A DNA stretch of 64,000 nucleotides, taken from assembly GCA_964016885.1 (NCBI GenBank), contig OZ024766.1, forward strand, positions 15,934,001 through 15,998,000. The letters run 5' to 3'. The position numbers and the translations under genes were made by a program. Shown one piece after another: positions 10,018 to 22,250 of this stretch (position 1 is its first letter; every line of letters starts with the position of its first letter). This DNA is from Eledone cirrhosa (Eukaryota). The notes beneath the pieces were generated by a model, which worked only from the letters and a program-made list of their open reading frames with translations, was not told the origin of the DNA and made no database searches.

Positions 10018-10382
10018 ATAAAGCCATGTATAGAAGAGCAGTCAGCAATGTCAGGATTTACATTCATAGTGAAGTGGCAGTATCGGTAGGGAGTCGGACA
10101 CCATGGTTTGAGGCACAGAGTTACGTCCCTTTATGATCTGAGTTCAAATCCGTCTGAGGTTAACTTTGCCTTACATCCATACGGGGTCGATAAAATAAAG
10201 TACCAGTAATGTACTGGCTAATTGCTGGCCTTGTGTTTAAAATAGAAACAATTATAGTGAAGAATTTGGAGTGTAGTCTGGTGTCCACCAGGGCTCTGTT
10301 CTTAGCCCTCACTTAGTTATTATCGTCCTGCAGCCTATAACAGATGTTTAAGACTGGCTGCCCATGGGAACTCCTGTATGCA
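10018..10382 (+). mobile_element. Old RTE RT fragment (AMYR..GVHQGSVLSP..GCPWELLY) interrupted by a SINE; present in all six cassettes
   Basis: Aligns to LINE 4240-4420 on both sides of the SINE. Confidence 0.85.
10075..10250 (+). mobile_element. tRNA-derived SINE with target-site duplication
   Basis: A-box-like tggcagtatcgg and B-box gagttcaaatcc, flanked by the (att)atagtgaag direct repeat. Confidence 0.8.
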
Positions 10383-10389
10383 CAGCAGG

Positions 10390-10925
10390 ACCTGAAGAAT
10401 GCGATCATATGCATTTTCAAGGTCTATAAAACGATAATATATACCTCTTAGCAATACTCCCACGATTTCTCAAAGACCTGCCACAGTGTGAATATTTGGT
10501 GGGTTATGTTGCGCCCAGGGATAAAACAGCACTGTCCATCAGCTAGCTCGGACTCGCTACATCACTTTGCCAGAAACTTAGCATAGACTTTACCAGGGAG
10601 GCTTAACAAGGAGATCCCTCTCTATTTGGAACAATCTCTCGTGTGTCCCTTTTTATAAATTGGGATTATCACTCCCGATTGCATTGCTTGAGTGCCATTT
10701 CAGAGACCCAGGCCATCTGACACACATGAGTCGGTCATATTTGAGCTCTTTAATTGCTCTTGTGACCTCAGCCTCCGAGAGATTAGTCACCGCTACCAGA
10801 TTCACCTCATGTACATCCGAAGATGCTGTTGTGATTGGGTTTGGGAGATCAGCAAAGTATTCTCTCCATCTCATAAGGATCCATCTCTCTGAAGAGAAGA
10901 GAACCCCAGATGCACTCATGGTTGC
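10390..10925 (-). mobile_element. Decayed RT fragment of a second RTE-like LINE family (also about 19430-19965, 27541-28078, 39790-40311, 49427-49962, 60207-60742)
   Basis: Minus strand reads ILMRWREYFADLPNP...LSEAEVTRAIKELK...GVIIPIYKKG..RDCSK*RGISLLSLPGKVYAK...FIDLENAYDR, with stops and frameshifts. Confidence 0.85.
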
Positions 10926-11107
10926 AGGTGTGGAGAAAGATTTCTTGTAACTAATTAAAAACTAAAATAATTTGATTTTTCAATAACATGTTTCCAGGGT
11001 TTATAGATGTAAAATTTCCACTGTTAAATCTATCTCTGCTTCTTAAGTATTCTCTATTATCTCATACTGTTTCTTTTTCATTTCAGAATATCAGATGACA
11101 TTGGGAT

Positions 11108-11340
11108 AAATTATTACTTTCAATCTTGGATACATCACCTCTATTTATCATCATTTGAAGATTAAAACGTTTTAAACAGAACTTATATAACACTGTTTAT
11201 ATAAATCTATCAGAATTACTGTGAAAATTATTATTTTCAATCTTGGATACATCACCTCTATTTATCATCATTTGAAGATTACAACTTTTTAAACAGAACT
11301 TATATAACACTGTTTATATAAATCTATCAGAATTACTGTG
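11108..11340. repeat. 117-bp tandem duplication in the 5' UTR (cassettes 1, 2 and 3 only)
   Basis: caatcttggatacatcacc at 11121 and 11238; single copy in cassettes 4-6. Confidence 0.9.
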
Positions 11341-11583
11341 ATATATTTCCTCAGAACTGAGTTTAAAGACAAAATTCCTTTTCTTCACTGTGTGGTATAT
11401 ATATGAGAGATATATTTTGTATTTTAACTCAGCTTCAATAACAAAGAAGTTTGCATCATCTTCAGATCTTAACTGAGATCATAATTGAGGGAAATATAAC
11501 AGAAGTAATATTTTTTAGGAATATAATATAAAAAATATTAAATAATAACATCTGTAAATTCTGCCAAGGGAAGAAGAATTATT

Positions 11584-13194
11584 ATGGAAAATATATTGAG
11601 TGAAAAGAAGATTAAATGTGAAACAATGACTAAAGATATGGCTATTACAGAAGAGATGTCAAAGGATAGAGGAGAGAAGCCATATCACTGTGATGTCTGT
11701 GGTAAATCATTCTTTTTTAAGGGTAATTTAACAAGCCACAAACGTACACATACCGGAGAGAAGCCATACCACTGTGATATCTGTGGTAAATCATTCTCTC
11801 AAAATAGTAATTTAACTAGCCACATGCGTATACATACAGGTGACAAACCATATCACTGTGATATCTGTGGTAAATCATTCTCTCGAAGTAGTATATTAAC
11901 TAGCCACATGCGTATACATACAGGTGAGAAACAATATCACTGTGATATCTGTGGTAAATCATTCTCTCAAAGTGGTCACTTAACTAGCCACAAACGTACA
12001 CATACAGGAGAGAAGCCAAATCACTGTGATATCTGTGGTAAATCATTCTCTCTAAGTAGTATATTAACTAGACACAAACGTATACATACAGGAGAGAAGC
12101 CATATCACTGTGATATCTGTGGTAAATCATTCTCTCAAAGTAGTGCCTTAACTAGCCACAAACATATACATACAGGAGAGAAGCCATATCACTGTGATAT
12201 CTGTGGTAAATCATTCCATAGAAGTAGTAAATTAACTACTCACATACGTTCCCATACAGGAGAGAAGCCATATAACTGTGATATCTGTGGTAAATCATTC
12301 TCTCAAAGTAGTATATTAACTAACCACATGTATATACATATAGGTGAGAAACCATATCGCTGTGATATCTGTGGTAAATCATTCTCTCTAAGTAGTATAT
12401 TAACTTGTCACATCCGTACCCATACAGGTGACAAACCATATCACTGTGATATCTGTGCTAAATCATTCTCTGAAAGTGGTAACTTAACTAGACACAAACG
12501 TATGCATACAGTAGAGAAGCCATATCACTGTGATATCTGTGGTAAATCATTCTTTGTTAATGGTAATTTAACTAAACACAAACATATACATACAGGAGAG
12601 AAGCCATATTGTGATATCTGTGGTAAATCATTCTCTCAAAGTGGTAGTTTAACTATACACGAACGTATACATACAGGAGACAAACCATATGTCTGTGATA
12701 TCTGTGGTATATCATTCTCTGATAGTGGTAGCTTAGCTAGCCACAAACGTATACATACAAAAGAGAAGCCATATCACTGTGATATCTGTGGTAAATCATT
12801 TTCTCAGAGTAATGCCTTAACTAGCCACAAACGTATACATACAGGAGAGAAACCATATCACTGTGATATCTGTGGTAAATCATTCTCTGAAAGTGGTAAC
12901 TTAACTAGCCACAAACGTATACATACGGGAGACAAGCCATATCACTGTGATATCTGTGGTAAATCATTCTCTGATAGTAGTACCTTAACTAGCCACAAAC
13001 GTATACATACAGGAGAGAAGCCATATCACTGTGATATCTGTGGTAAATCATTCTCTGAAAGTGGTAACTTAACTAGCCACATACGTACCCATACAGGTGA
13101 GAAGCCATATCGCTGTGATATCTGTGGTAAATCATTCTCTCAATTAAGTAGTTTAACTAAACACAAATATACCCATACAGGTAAGAAACCATAA
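11584..13194 (+). CDS. Poly-C2H2 zinc-finger protein, 18 fingers (gene 1)
   Basis: 33-aa leader followed by CxxC-x12-HxxxH repeats with TGEKP linkers; open 536-aa frame. Confidence 0.95.
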   Translation: MENILSEKKIKCETMTKDMAITEEMSKDRGEKPYHCDVCGKSFFFKGNLTSHKRTHTGEKPYHCDICGKSFSQNSNLTSHMRIHTGDKPYHCDICGKSFSRSSILTSHMRIHTGEKQYHCDICGKSFSQSGHLTSHKRTHTGEKPNHCDICGKSFSLSSILTRHKRIHTGEKPYHCDICGKSFSQSSALTSHKHIHTGEKPYHCDICGKSFHRSSKLTTHIRSHTGEKPYNCDICGKSFSQSSILTNHMYIHIGEKPYRCDICGKSFSLSSILTCHIRTHTGDKPYHCDICAKSFSESGNLTRHKRMHTVEKPYHCDICGKSFFVNGNLTKHKHIHTGEKPYCDICGKSFSQSGSLTIHERIHTGDKPYVCDICGISFSDSGSLASHKRIHTKEKPYHCDICGKSFSQSNALTSHKRIHTGEKPYHCDICGKSFSESGNLTSHKRIHTGDKPYHCDICGKSFSDSSTLTSHKRIHTGEKPYHCDICGKSFSESGNLTSHIRTHTGEKPYRCDICGKSFSQLSSLTKHKYTHTGKKP

Positions 13195-13712
13195 CAAAGT
13201 CATATCTCATTGTCTCAAAATTGTAAATTCATTAGACACAAATACATTCATATGAGTGAGAAGCCATACCACTGTGATATTGCGGAGAAATTATTCTCTT
13301 GTATTGCTACATTAACTACATACAAACATAAATATATACTGGAGAAAAACCATATTACTGTGATATCTGTGGAAATTGTTATCTATAAAAGCTAGCTTAA
13401 CTAGACACAAACATATACATACAGGAGATAAACCATATCACTGTGATATCTGTGGAAATCATTCTCTGAAATAAGTCACTTCACTCAGTACTAACATTTA
13501 CAGAAAAGGAAACATATCATTGTGATATCTGCAGTAAATCATTCTCTAAATGTTGAGGCTTCACTACACACTAACATATACAGGAGAGGAACCATATCAC
13601 TGTGATATCAGCAGTAAATCCTTCACTAAATGTGGCTTCACTAGATACTAACATATACAGGAGAGGAACCATATCACTGTGTTGTCTGTGGTAAATCATT
13701 TTCTAAATGTTC
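13195..13712 (+). pseudogene. Decayed zinc-finger repeats in the 3' UTR (also 21566-22245, 29679-30358, 42119-42560, 52525-53043, 62901-63420)
   Basis: ccatatcactgtgatatctg..aaatcattctct motifs continue past the stop with frameshifts and lost ligands. Confidence 0.85.
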
Positions 13713-13815
13713 TGGTACCAACATAAGGTTACTTAATGTAACACAAACACAATCAGACAAGATAAAAACTATGTCACTCACCCAAAATAGTGCCACCAAT
13801 GTTGTTAATGTTTTG

Positions 13816-13821
13816 AATAAA
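13816..13821 (+). terminator. Putative polyadenylation signal (also 22349, 30462, 42665, 53146, 63522)
   Basis: AATAAA followed by T/GT-rich sequence, conserved after all six ORFs. Confidence 0.6.
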
Positions 13822-14160
13822 ACTTGTTTGTTCTGAAATTATTCTATGTTCATTTTATTTGTAGAAGTTGTAACCAAGACTTATGCTGACAAATCTGTAT
13901 GGTACAGAATTTACAAACACTATATATATATATATATATATATGTGTGCCAAAACCTCTATGATCTCGGTTTACAGCTGATGAAGGGTTTCTTCTCTCCT
14001 TTCATCCATATTACCATCTTAAACTTTGTTTACAGTAACCACACAGCTCCTTTCGTTTCTTATAATTTTATATATAAATATAACAAAGGAGGTGTGGTAA
14101 AGAACCAGATGGACCATATACGCACCAGAGTACTCAATACTTAGGGTAGTAGAGCGGGTA

Positions 14161-14283
14161 ATAGGAAAATGTTTAACCCCGCCGGAAGAGCTCAGTCCGT
14201 TTCGATGGCTATTTCTGGAAACAGTCCAGAAATAACCGTCGAAATGGCTTGAGCTCTGCCGTCGGGGTTAAACATTTTCCTAT
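14161..14283. repeat. Palindrome A: ~59-bp arms, 5-nt loop (also 22696-22818, 30809-30931, 42998-43120, 53481-53602, 63875-63997)
   Basis: ataggaaaatgtttaacccc...ctatttctgga aacag tccagaaata...ggggttaaacattttcctat. Confidence 0.92.
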
Positions 14284-14737
14284 ATATATATATATATATA
14301 TATGTATGAGTGTATATGTCAGTGTGTAGAAATTTCTGTACATGAAAATGATTATCTTTATTCGTGTATATGTATGTGCATGTTTATATGTGTTCTTATA
14401 TACATGTGTGCACATCTTGATATATTTTCAGTGTCTGTTCTAGTTCTCAGAGTACAAATCCCACTGAGGTAAAGTTACTCCATGGAGCTTATTTTACGGG
14501 TGATATGGCGCATGTCTTTCTGGCATGACACCCATAATTTGTTATAGATTAATTTTATTTTAATTTATCTTAATTTTTGATATATATAAATACGGCCTCT
14601 GAATTGTAGTGCTAACTCTGTTGAAAGAACCTGACTGCTGTTTCTAGTTGTCAATAACCCTATTCACGCCACTGGGACGAAGCTGGTATGATGTGTGTAT
14701 TTTTAGTAGATACAGCACGTGTTACTGGTCAGTTACT

Positions 14738-16967
14738 TACTCCAGTGACTGCACCTTCTAGTCTCTTCTGCCAATGTCAGTTGTCATACAGGAGTTCATG
14801 GATGTCTTATTTAACTGACTGCTCCTTATAGTGCCTTCTTCCAATGTCAGTTGACATAAAGGTGTCCATGGCTGTCTTATTTAACTGGCTACTCCAGTGA
14901 TTGCTCCTTCTAGTCTCTTCTTCCAATGTCAGTTGTCATACAGGTGTCCATGGCTGTTTTATTTAACTGGCTACTCCAGTGACTGCTCCTTCTAGTCCCT
15001 TCTTCCAATGTCAGTTGTCATACAGGTGTCCATGGCTGTCTTATTTAAATGGCTACTCCAGTGACTGCTCCTTCTAGTCTCTCTTTCCAATGTCAGTTGT
15101 CATACAGGTGTCCATGGATGTCTTATTTAACCGACTGCTCCTTCTAGTCCCTTCTTCCATTGTCAGTTGTCATACAGGAGTCCATGGCTGTTTTATTTAA
15201 CTGGCTACTCCAGTGATTGCTCCTTCTAGTCCCTTCTTCCAATGTCAGTTGACATAAAGTTATCCATGGCTGTCTTATTTAACTGGCTACTCCAGTGATT
15301 GCTCCTTCTAGTCCCTTCTTCCAATGTCAGTTGACATAAAGTTATCCATGGCTGTCTTATTTAACTGGCTACTCCAGTGACTGCTCCTTTTAGTCCCTTC
15401 TTCCAATGTCAGTTGTCATACAGGAGTCCATGGCTGTCTTATTTAACAGGCTACTCCAGTGACTGCTCCTTCTAGTCCCTTCTTCCAATGTCAGTTGTCA
15501 TACAGGAGTCCATGGCTGTCTTATTTAACTGGCTACTCCAATGATTGCTCCTTCTAGTCTCTTCTTCCAATCTCAGTTGTCATACAGGTGTCCATGGCTG
15601 TCTTATTTAACTGGCTACTCCAGTGACTGCTCCTTCTAGTCCCTTCTTCCAATGTCAGTTGTCATACAGGTGTCCATGGCTGTCTTATTTAACTGGCTAC
15701 TCCAATGATTGCTCCTTCTAGTCTCTTCTTCCAATCTCAGTTGTCATACAGGTGTCCATGGCTGTCTTATTTAACTGGCTACTCCAGTGACTGCTCCTTC
15801 TAGTCCCTTCTTCCAATGTTAGTTGTCATACAGGAGTCCATGGCTGTCTTATTTAACTGGCTACTCCAATGATTGCTCCTTCTAGTCTCTTCTTCCAATC
15901 TCAGTTGTCATACAGGTGTCCATGGCTGTCTTATTTAACTGGCTACTCCAGTGACTGCTCCTTCTAGTCCCTTCTTCCAATGTTAGTTGTCATACAGGAG
16001 TCCATGGCTGACTTATTTAACTGGCTACTCCAGTGACTGCTCCTTCTAGTCCCTTCTTCCAATGTCAGTTGTCATACAGGAGTCCATGGCTGTCTTATTT
16101 AACTGGCTACTCCAGTGACTGCTCCTTCTAGTCCCTTCTTCCAATGTTAGTTGTCATACAGGAGTCCATGGCTGTCTTATTTAACTGGCTACTCCAGTGA
16201 CTGCTCCTTCTAGTCCCTTCTTCCAATGTCAGTTGTCATACAGGAGTCCATGGCTGTCTTATTTAACTGGCTACTCCGGTGACTGCTCCTTCTAGTCCCT
16301 TCTTCCAATGTCAGTTGTCATACAGGAGTCCATGGCTGTCTTATTTAACTGGCTACTCCAGTGATTGCTCCTTCTAGTCTCTTCTTCCAATGTCAGTTGT
16401 CATACAGGTGTCCATGGCTGACTTATTTAACTGGCTACTGCAGTGACTGCTCCTTCTAGTCTCTTCTTCCAATGTCAGTTGTCATACAGGTGTCCATGGC
16501 TGTCTTATTTAACTGGCTACTCCAGTGACTGCTCCTTTTAGTCCCTTCTTCCAAAGTCAGTTGTCATATAGATGTCCATGGCTGACTTATTTAACTGGCT
16601 ACTCCAATGACTACTCCTTCTAGTCCCTTCTTCCAATGTCAGTTGTCCTACAGGAGTCCATGACTGTCTTATTTAACTGGCTATTCCAGTGACTGCTCCT
16701 TCTAGTCTCTTCTTCCAATGTCAATTGTCATACAGGTGTCCATGGCTGTCTTATTTAACTGGCTACTCCAGATACTGCTCCTTCTAGTCTCTTCTTCCAA
16801 TATCAGTTGTCATACAGGTGTCCATGGCTGTCTTATTTAACTGGCTACTCCAGGGACTGCTCCTTCTAGTCCCTTCTTCCAATGTCAGTTGTCATACAGG
16901 AGTCCATGGCTGTCTTATTTAACTGGCTACTCCAGTGACTGCTCCTTCTTGTCTCTTCTTCCAATGT
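14738..16967. repeat. 82-bp minisatellite, about 27 copies
   Basis: Same unit as 6967-7514; left flank deleted (joined to gttactggtcagtt). Confidence 0.97.
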
Positions 16968-17381
16968 CAATTGCCATGCAGGAGTTGATGTTCTTTAGAT
17001 GCTTCTTGTTATTTGCTGCACTCTTCCAACAAATCACCTGAGATCCTCAAATGACGTTGGTCCTTGAACAATATGCAGAAGAGGCTGTATAGAAAACTCT
17101 CACTGTTGTTGGGGTGGTCATTGTAAACATGCCCAATAGCATCACTTGCCTTGACTTCATCACCTTCCACTAAATGACCCTGCTTCCTTTGATTCCAAGT
17201 CTTACAATAGGTCCAGGTGTAGTATTTTGGGATGTCAGCATATAGGAGGGATCGAACAAATTCTTTATTCTGGCAGTGTTTCAAAACAGCAGAGTAGTGT
17301 CAGGTGGTGCTGGTGTCAACTGATGAGCAGTGGTTTCAGTGAAGTACACACCCTGTCCATTTTCTATATGTATAGAGATAA
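16968..17381 (-). pseudogene. Helitron RepHel fragment, cassette 2
   Basis: KHCQNKEFVRSLLYADIPKYYTW...AIGHVYNDHP; paralogous to 7515-7932. Confidence 0.85.
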
Positions 17382-18336
17382 GGATGAAAAGCAAAGTTAA
17401 TCCCTCAGAGGTTAGCTTTGCCTTTCATCCCTACGGGGTCGATAACATAAAGTACCAGTAATGTACTGCCGTATTGCTGGCCTAGTGCCTAATGTAGAAA
17501 CAATTATTACGGGATCGATAAAATAAAGTACCAGTAATTCAATGATTTATTTACTGGCCTTGTGCCAAAAGTAGAAACAATTATCACCTTTCTTTTTAAT
17601 AAATCACATCACTATAGAATTAAATACGACTGGAAATGTGTGTGAAGGTACTAAATTATATCAGGGACTTTTCACGTTTGACACCGTCACGAGACTCGAA
17701 ACATTCGCTAAGACACCGAGTACCTGCTGTCTTCGTTATAACTTTAATTAATCTAATTATATCTTGTGTAACAATTATATATATATATATACACACACAC
17801 AATTTTAATTCCCCGACATCAGTCTTACACTGTCATATCTATTCTTACTTTACAATTGTGTCTACTAAGAGTTCCATTACAATCTGTAGTAGTAAAACTA
17901 CTATTTCACCAGAACATCTGCTATCAGTCATTTATAGACAATATATATATTTTAGACCACATATCAACCTAATATATATATATTTCCTATCTAATCTGTA
18001 GCTAAAGACATAAAGTCAGCCTCACTACTTCATTCTAACAAGATATCAATTGATGACTAAAGATGAAGAAGATACACCAACGTTAATGTCGTGAAATAAA
18101 GCTGATAACATTGAAACTTCTAATTTGATAACAAAGAGATTATTTCTTTGGTTGTTTAGTAACAACTAACAACACAATACATTGATTATATGTGAAGGAG
18201 GTAAGTTGACAAAGATTTACTTAATGTCTATATTAATGTGTGTAAATAATATAATTATTTTAACCCTACAACGACCAGTAATTAACCAGATTCCACTGTT
18301 ACATGTGATATAAAATATATTGTTATCATGACTGTC

Positions 18337-18785
18337 TTTATTATTTAAATTACCTCCGTCTATTTAATTATCTTGTTCACTACCTTACATTATAAAATAT
18401 AGTTTATATTTAGCTGTACCTTGTTGCTTTAAGTAAATTAAAGATATATTTATTATTTAAATTACCTCCGTCTATTTAATTATCTTGTTCACTACCTTAC
18501 ATTATAAAATATAGTTTATATTTAGCTGTACCTTGTTGTTGCTTTAAGTAAATTAAAGATATATTTATTATTTAAATTACCTCCGTCTATTTAATTATCT
18601 TGTTCACTACCTTACATTATAAAATATAGTTTATATTTAGCTGTACCTTGTTGCTTTAAGTAAATTAAAGATATATTTATTATTTAAATTACCTCCGTCT
18701 ATTTAATTATCTTGTTCACTACCTTACATTATAAAATATAGTTTATATTTAGCTGTACCTTGTTATTGCTTTAAGTAAATTAATA
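18337..18785. repeat. 112/115-bp intronic repeat, 4 copies
   Basis: aattacctcc at 18348, 18460, 18575 and 18687. Confidence 0.93.
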
Positions 18786-19113
18786 TTTTGTCTGTTTTAG
18801 TCTAAATCTCTTACAATTTAATTAACTTCATCTACTTATGGTTGAACATTACTTTATTGTGGGTTTCATTTCATTATAATTATGTTTGAGTTAGCCATCC
18901 AAGTAGGGGTTTAGTATCTGTATTTCAGGGCACTGCTTTGATGGTGAAGGGACATCTGTTGGTGTGGGATCTCGGTGGCTGTACATACTAAGGTTCTAAT
19001 ACTCTAAAGAGCTAGCTGAATAACCGTCTGATACATGTCTTGTATACAGGATCATAAATCCACGTATAGAAGAGCAGTCAGCAATGTCAGGATTAACATT
19101 CATTATAGTGAAG

Positions 19114-19289
19114 TGGCAGTATCGGTAGAGAGTCGGACACCGTGCTTTGAAGCACAGAGTTACGTCCCTTTATGATCTGAGTTCAAATCCCGCCGAGGTT
19201 AACTTTGCCTTACATCCATACCGGGTCGATAAAATAAAGTACCAGTAATGTACTGGGTAATTGCTGGCCTTGTGTTTAAAATAGAAACA
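19114..19289 (+). mobile_element. tRNA-derived SINE with 12-bp TSD
   Basis: TSD attatagtgaag at 19102-19113 and 19290-19301; B-box gagttcaaatcc. Confidence 0.85.
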
Positions 19290-20623
19290 ATTATAGTGAA
19301 GAATTTGGAGTGTAGTCTGGTGTCCACCAGGGCTCTGTTCTTAGCCCTCACTTAGTTATTATCGTCCTGCAGCCTATAACAGAGATGTTTAAGACTGGCT
19401 GCCCATGGGAACTCCTGTGTGCTCAGCAGGTCCTGAAGAATGCGATCATGTGCATTTTCCAGGTCTATAAAACGATAATATATACCTCTTAGCAATACTC
19501 CCACGATTTCTCAAAGACCTGCCACAGTGTGAATATTTGGTGGGTTATGTTGCACCCAGGGAGCAAACAGCACTGTCCATCAGCTAGCTCGGACTCGCTA
19601 CATCACTTTGTCAGAAACTTAGCATATACTTTACCAGGGAGGCTTAACAAGGTGATCCCTCTCTATTTGGAACAATCTCTCTTGTCTCCCTTTTTATAAA
19701 TTGGGATTATCACTCCCGATTGCCTTTGCTTGAGTGCCATTTCAGAGACCCAGGCCATCTGACACACGAGTCGGTCACATTTGAGCTCTTTAATTGCTCT
19801 TGTGACCTCAGCCTCCGAGAGATTAGTCACCGCTACCAGATTCACCTCATGTACATCCGAAGATGCTGTTGTGATCGGGTTTGGGAGATCAGCAAAGTAT
19901 TCTCTCCACCTCATGAGGATCCATCTCTCTGAAGAGAAGAGAACCCCAGATGCACTCATGGTTGCAGGTGTGGAGGAAGAATTCTTGTAACTAATTAAAA
20001 ACTAAAATAATTTGATTTTTCAATAAAAAGTTTCCAGGGTTTATAGATGTAAAATTTCCACTGTTAAATCTATCTCTGCTTCTTAAGTATTCTCTATTAT
20101 CTCATACTGTTTCTTTTTCATTTCAGAATATCAGATGACATTGGGATAAATTATTATTTTCAATCTTGGATACATCACCTCTATTTATCATCATTTGAAG
20201 ATTAAAACTTTTTAAACAGAACTTATATAACACTGTTTATATAAATCTATCAGAATTACTGTGAAAATTATTGTTTTCAATCTTGGATACATCACCTCTA
20301 TTTATCATCATTTGAAGATTAAAACTTTTTAAACAGAACTTATATAGCACTGTTTATATAAATCTATCAGAATTACTGTGATATATTTCCTCAGACCTGA
20401 GTTTAAAGACAAAATTCCTTTTCTTCACTGTGTGGTATATATATGAGAGATATATTTTGTATTTTAACTCAACTTCAATGACAAAGAAGTTTATATCATC
20501 TTCAGATATTAACTGAGATCATAATTGAGGGAATATAACAGAAGAAATATTTTTTAGGAATATAATGTAAAAAAATATTAAAGAATAACATCTGTAAATT
20601 CTGCCAAGGGAAGAAGAATTATT

Positions 20624-21565
20624 ATGGAAAATAAATTGAGTGAAAAGAAGATTAAATGTGAAACAATGTCTAAACATATGGCTATTACAGAAGAGATGTC
20701 AAAGGATAGAGGAGAGAAACCATATCACTGTGATGTCTGTGGTAAATCATTCTCTCTAAGTCGTATATTAATTTGTCACATACGTACCCATACAGGTGAC
20801 AAACCATATCACTGTGATATCTGTGGTAAATCATTCTCTCAAAGTAGTACCTTAACTACACACAAACATATACATACAGGAGACAAGCCTTATCACTGTG
20901 ATATCTGTGGTAAATCATTCTCTTTTAGTAGTAATTTAACTTCTCACATACGTACTCATACAGGAGACAAGCCTTATCACTGTGATATCTGTGGTAAATC
21001 ATTCTTTAATAATATTAGTTTAACTAGACACGAACGTACCCATTCAGGAGAGAAGCCATATCACTGTGATATCTGTGGTAAATCATTCTTTGTTAATAGT
21101 AATTTAACTAGACACAAAAGTATACATACAGGAGAGAGGCCATATCACTGTGATATCTGTGGTAAATCATTCTCTCAAAGTGGTCACTTAACTAGCCACA
21201 AACGTATACATACAGGAGAGAAGCCATATCTCTGTGATATCTGTGGTAAATCATTCTCTGATAGGAGTACCTTAACTAACCACAAACGTGTACATACAGG
21301 AGACAAGCCATATCACTGTGATATCTGTAGTAAATCATTCTCTGAAAGTGGTAACTTAACTAGCCACAAACGTATCCATACAGGAGAGAAGCCATATCAC
21401 TGTCATATCTGTGGTATATCATTCTCTCAAAGTAGTCACTTAACTAAGCACTTACGTATCCATACAGGAGACACGCCATACCACTGTGATATCTGTGGTA
21501 AATCATTCTCTCAATTAAGTAATTTAACTAAACACAAATATACCCATACAGGTAAGAAACCATAA
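20624..21565 (+). CDS. Poly-C2H2 zinc-finger protein, 10 fingers (gene 2)
   Basis: 313 aa = 33 + 10x28. Confidence 0.95.
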   Translation: MENKLSEKKIKCETMSKHMAITEEMSKDRGEKPYHCDVCGKSFSLSRILICHIRTHTGDKPYHCDICGKSFSQSSTLTTHKHIHTGDKPYHCDICGKSFSFSSNLTSHIRTHTGDKPYHCDICGKSFFNNISLTRHERTHSGEKPYHCDICGKSFFVNSNLTRHKSIHTGERPYHCDICGKSFSQSGHLTSHKRIHTGEKPYLCDICGKSFSDRSTLTNHKRVHTGDKPYHCDICSKSFSESGNLTSHKRIHTGEKPYHCHICGISFSQSSHLTKHLRIHTGDTPYHCDICGKSFSQLSNLTKHKYTHTGKKP

Positions 21566-21702
21566 CAAAGTCATATCTCATTGTCTCAAAATTGTAAATT
21601 AATTAGACACAAATACATTCATATGAGTGAGAAGCTATACCACCGTGATATTGTGGAGAAATTATTCTCTTGTATTGCTACATTAACTACATACAAACAT
21701 AA

Positions 21703-21864
<162 letters not shown>

Positions 21865-21940
21865 TAACATTTACAGAAAAGGAATCATATCATTGTGATA
21901 TCTGCAGTAAATCATTCTCTAAATGTGGCTTCACTACACA

Positions 21941-22250
21941 CTAACATATACAGGAGAGGAACCATATCACTGTGATGTCTGTGGTAAATCCTTCTCTAAA
22001 TGTTGTGGTTTCTCTAGACACTAACATATACAGGAGAGGAACCATATCACGGTGATGTCTGTGGTAAATCCTTCTCTAAAAGTTGTGGTTTCTCTAGACA
22101 CTAACATATACAGGAGAGGAACCATATCACTGTGATGTCTGTGGTAAATCATTCTCTAAATGTTGTGGCTTCACTAGACACTAACATATACAGGAGAGGA
22201 ACCATATCACTGTGATATCTGTGGTAAATCATTTTCTAAATGTTGTGGTA
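21941..22250. repeat. 80-bp tandem of a dead zinc finger, 4 copies (also about 30054-30363)
   Basis: ctaacatatacaggagaggaacc at 21941, 22021, 22101 and 22181. Confidence 0.9.

Larger units (their letters stand above)
9045..11086 (+). other. Putative 5'-UTR intron of ZNF gene 1
   Basis: Strong donor GAG|GTAAGT at 9045 and acceptor tttctttttcatttcAG| at 11086, both conserved in all six cassettes. No transcript evidence. Confidence 0.7.
18201..20126 (+). other. Putative 5'-UTR intron of ZNF gene 2
   Basis: GAG|GTAAGT ... tttcatttcAG. Confidence 0.7.

Noticed and set aside
10075-10155. tRNA gene
   Set aside because: Only A/B-box remnants with no cloverleaf; flanked by a TSD and followed by SINE body.
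11584-13194. Assigning a gene symbol such as PRDM9 or a vertebrate ZNF number
   Set aside because: No SET, KRAB or SSXRD domain is visible; similarity to named ZNFs would be generic to C2H2 repeats.
13210-13395. In-frame continuation after the ZNF stop as read-through or editing-extended protein
   Set aside because: Downstream fingers have lost Cys/His ligands, and cassettes differ by frameshifts; best explained as decay.
13974-14060. CTGATGA as a hammerhead ribozyme core
   Set aside because: No correctly placed stem II-GAAA-stem III follows it.
14738-16967. CRISPR-like regular repeats
   Set aside because: Monomers are contiguous with no unique spacers, there are no cas genes, and the context is eukaryotic.
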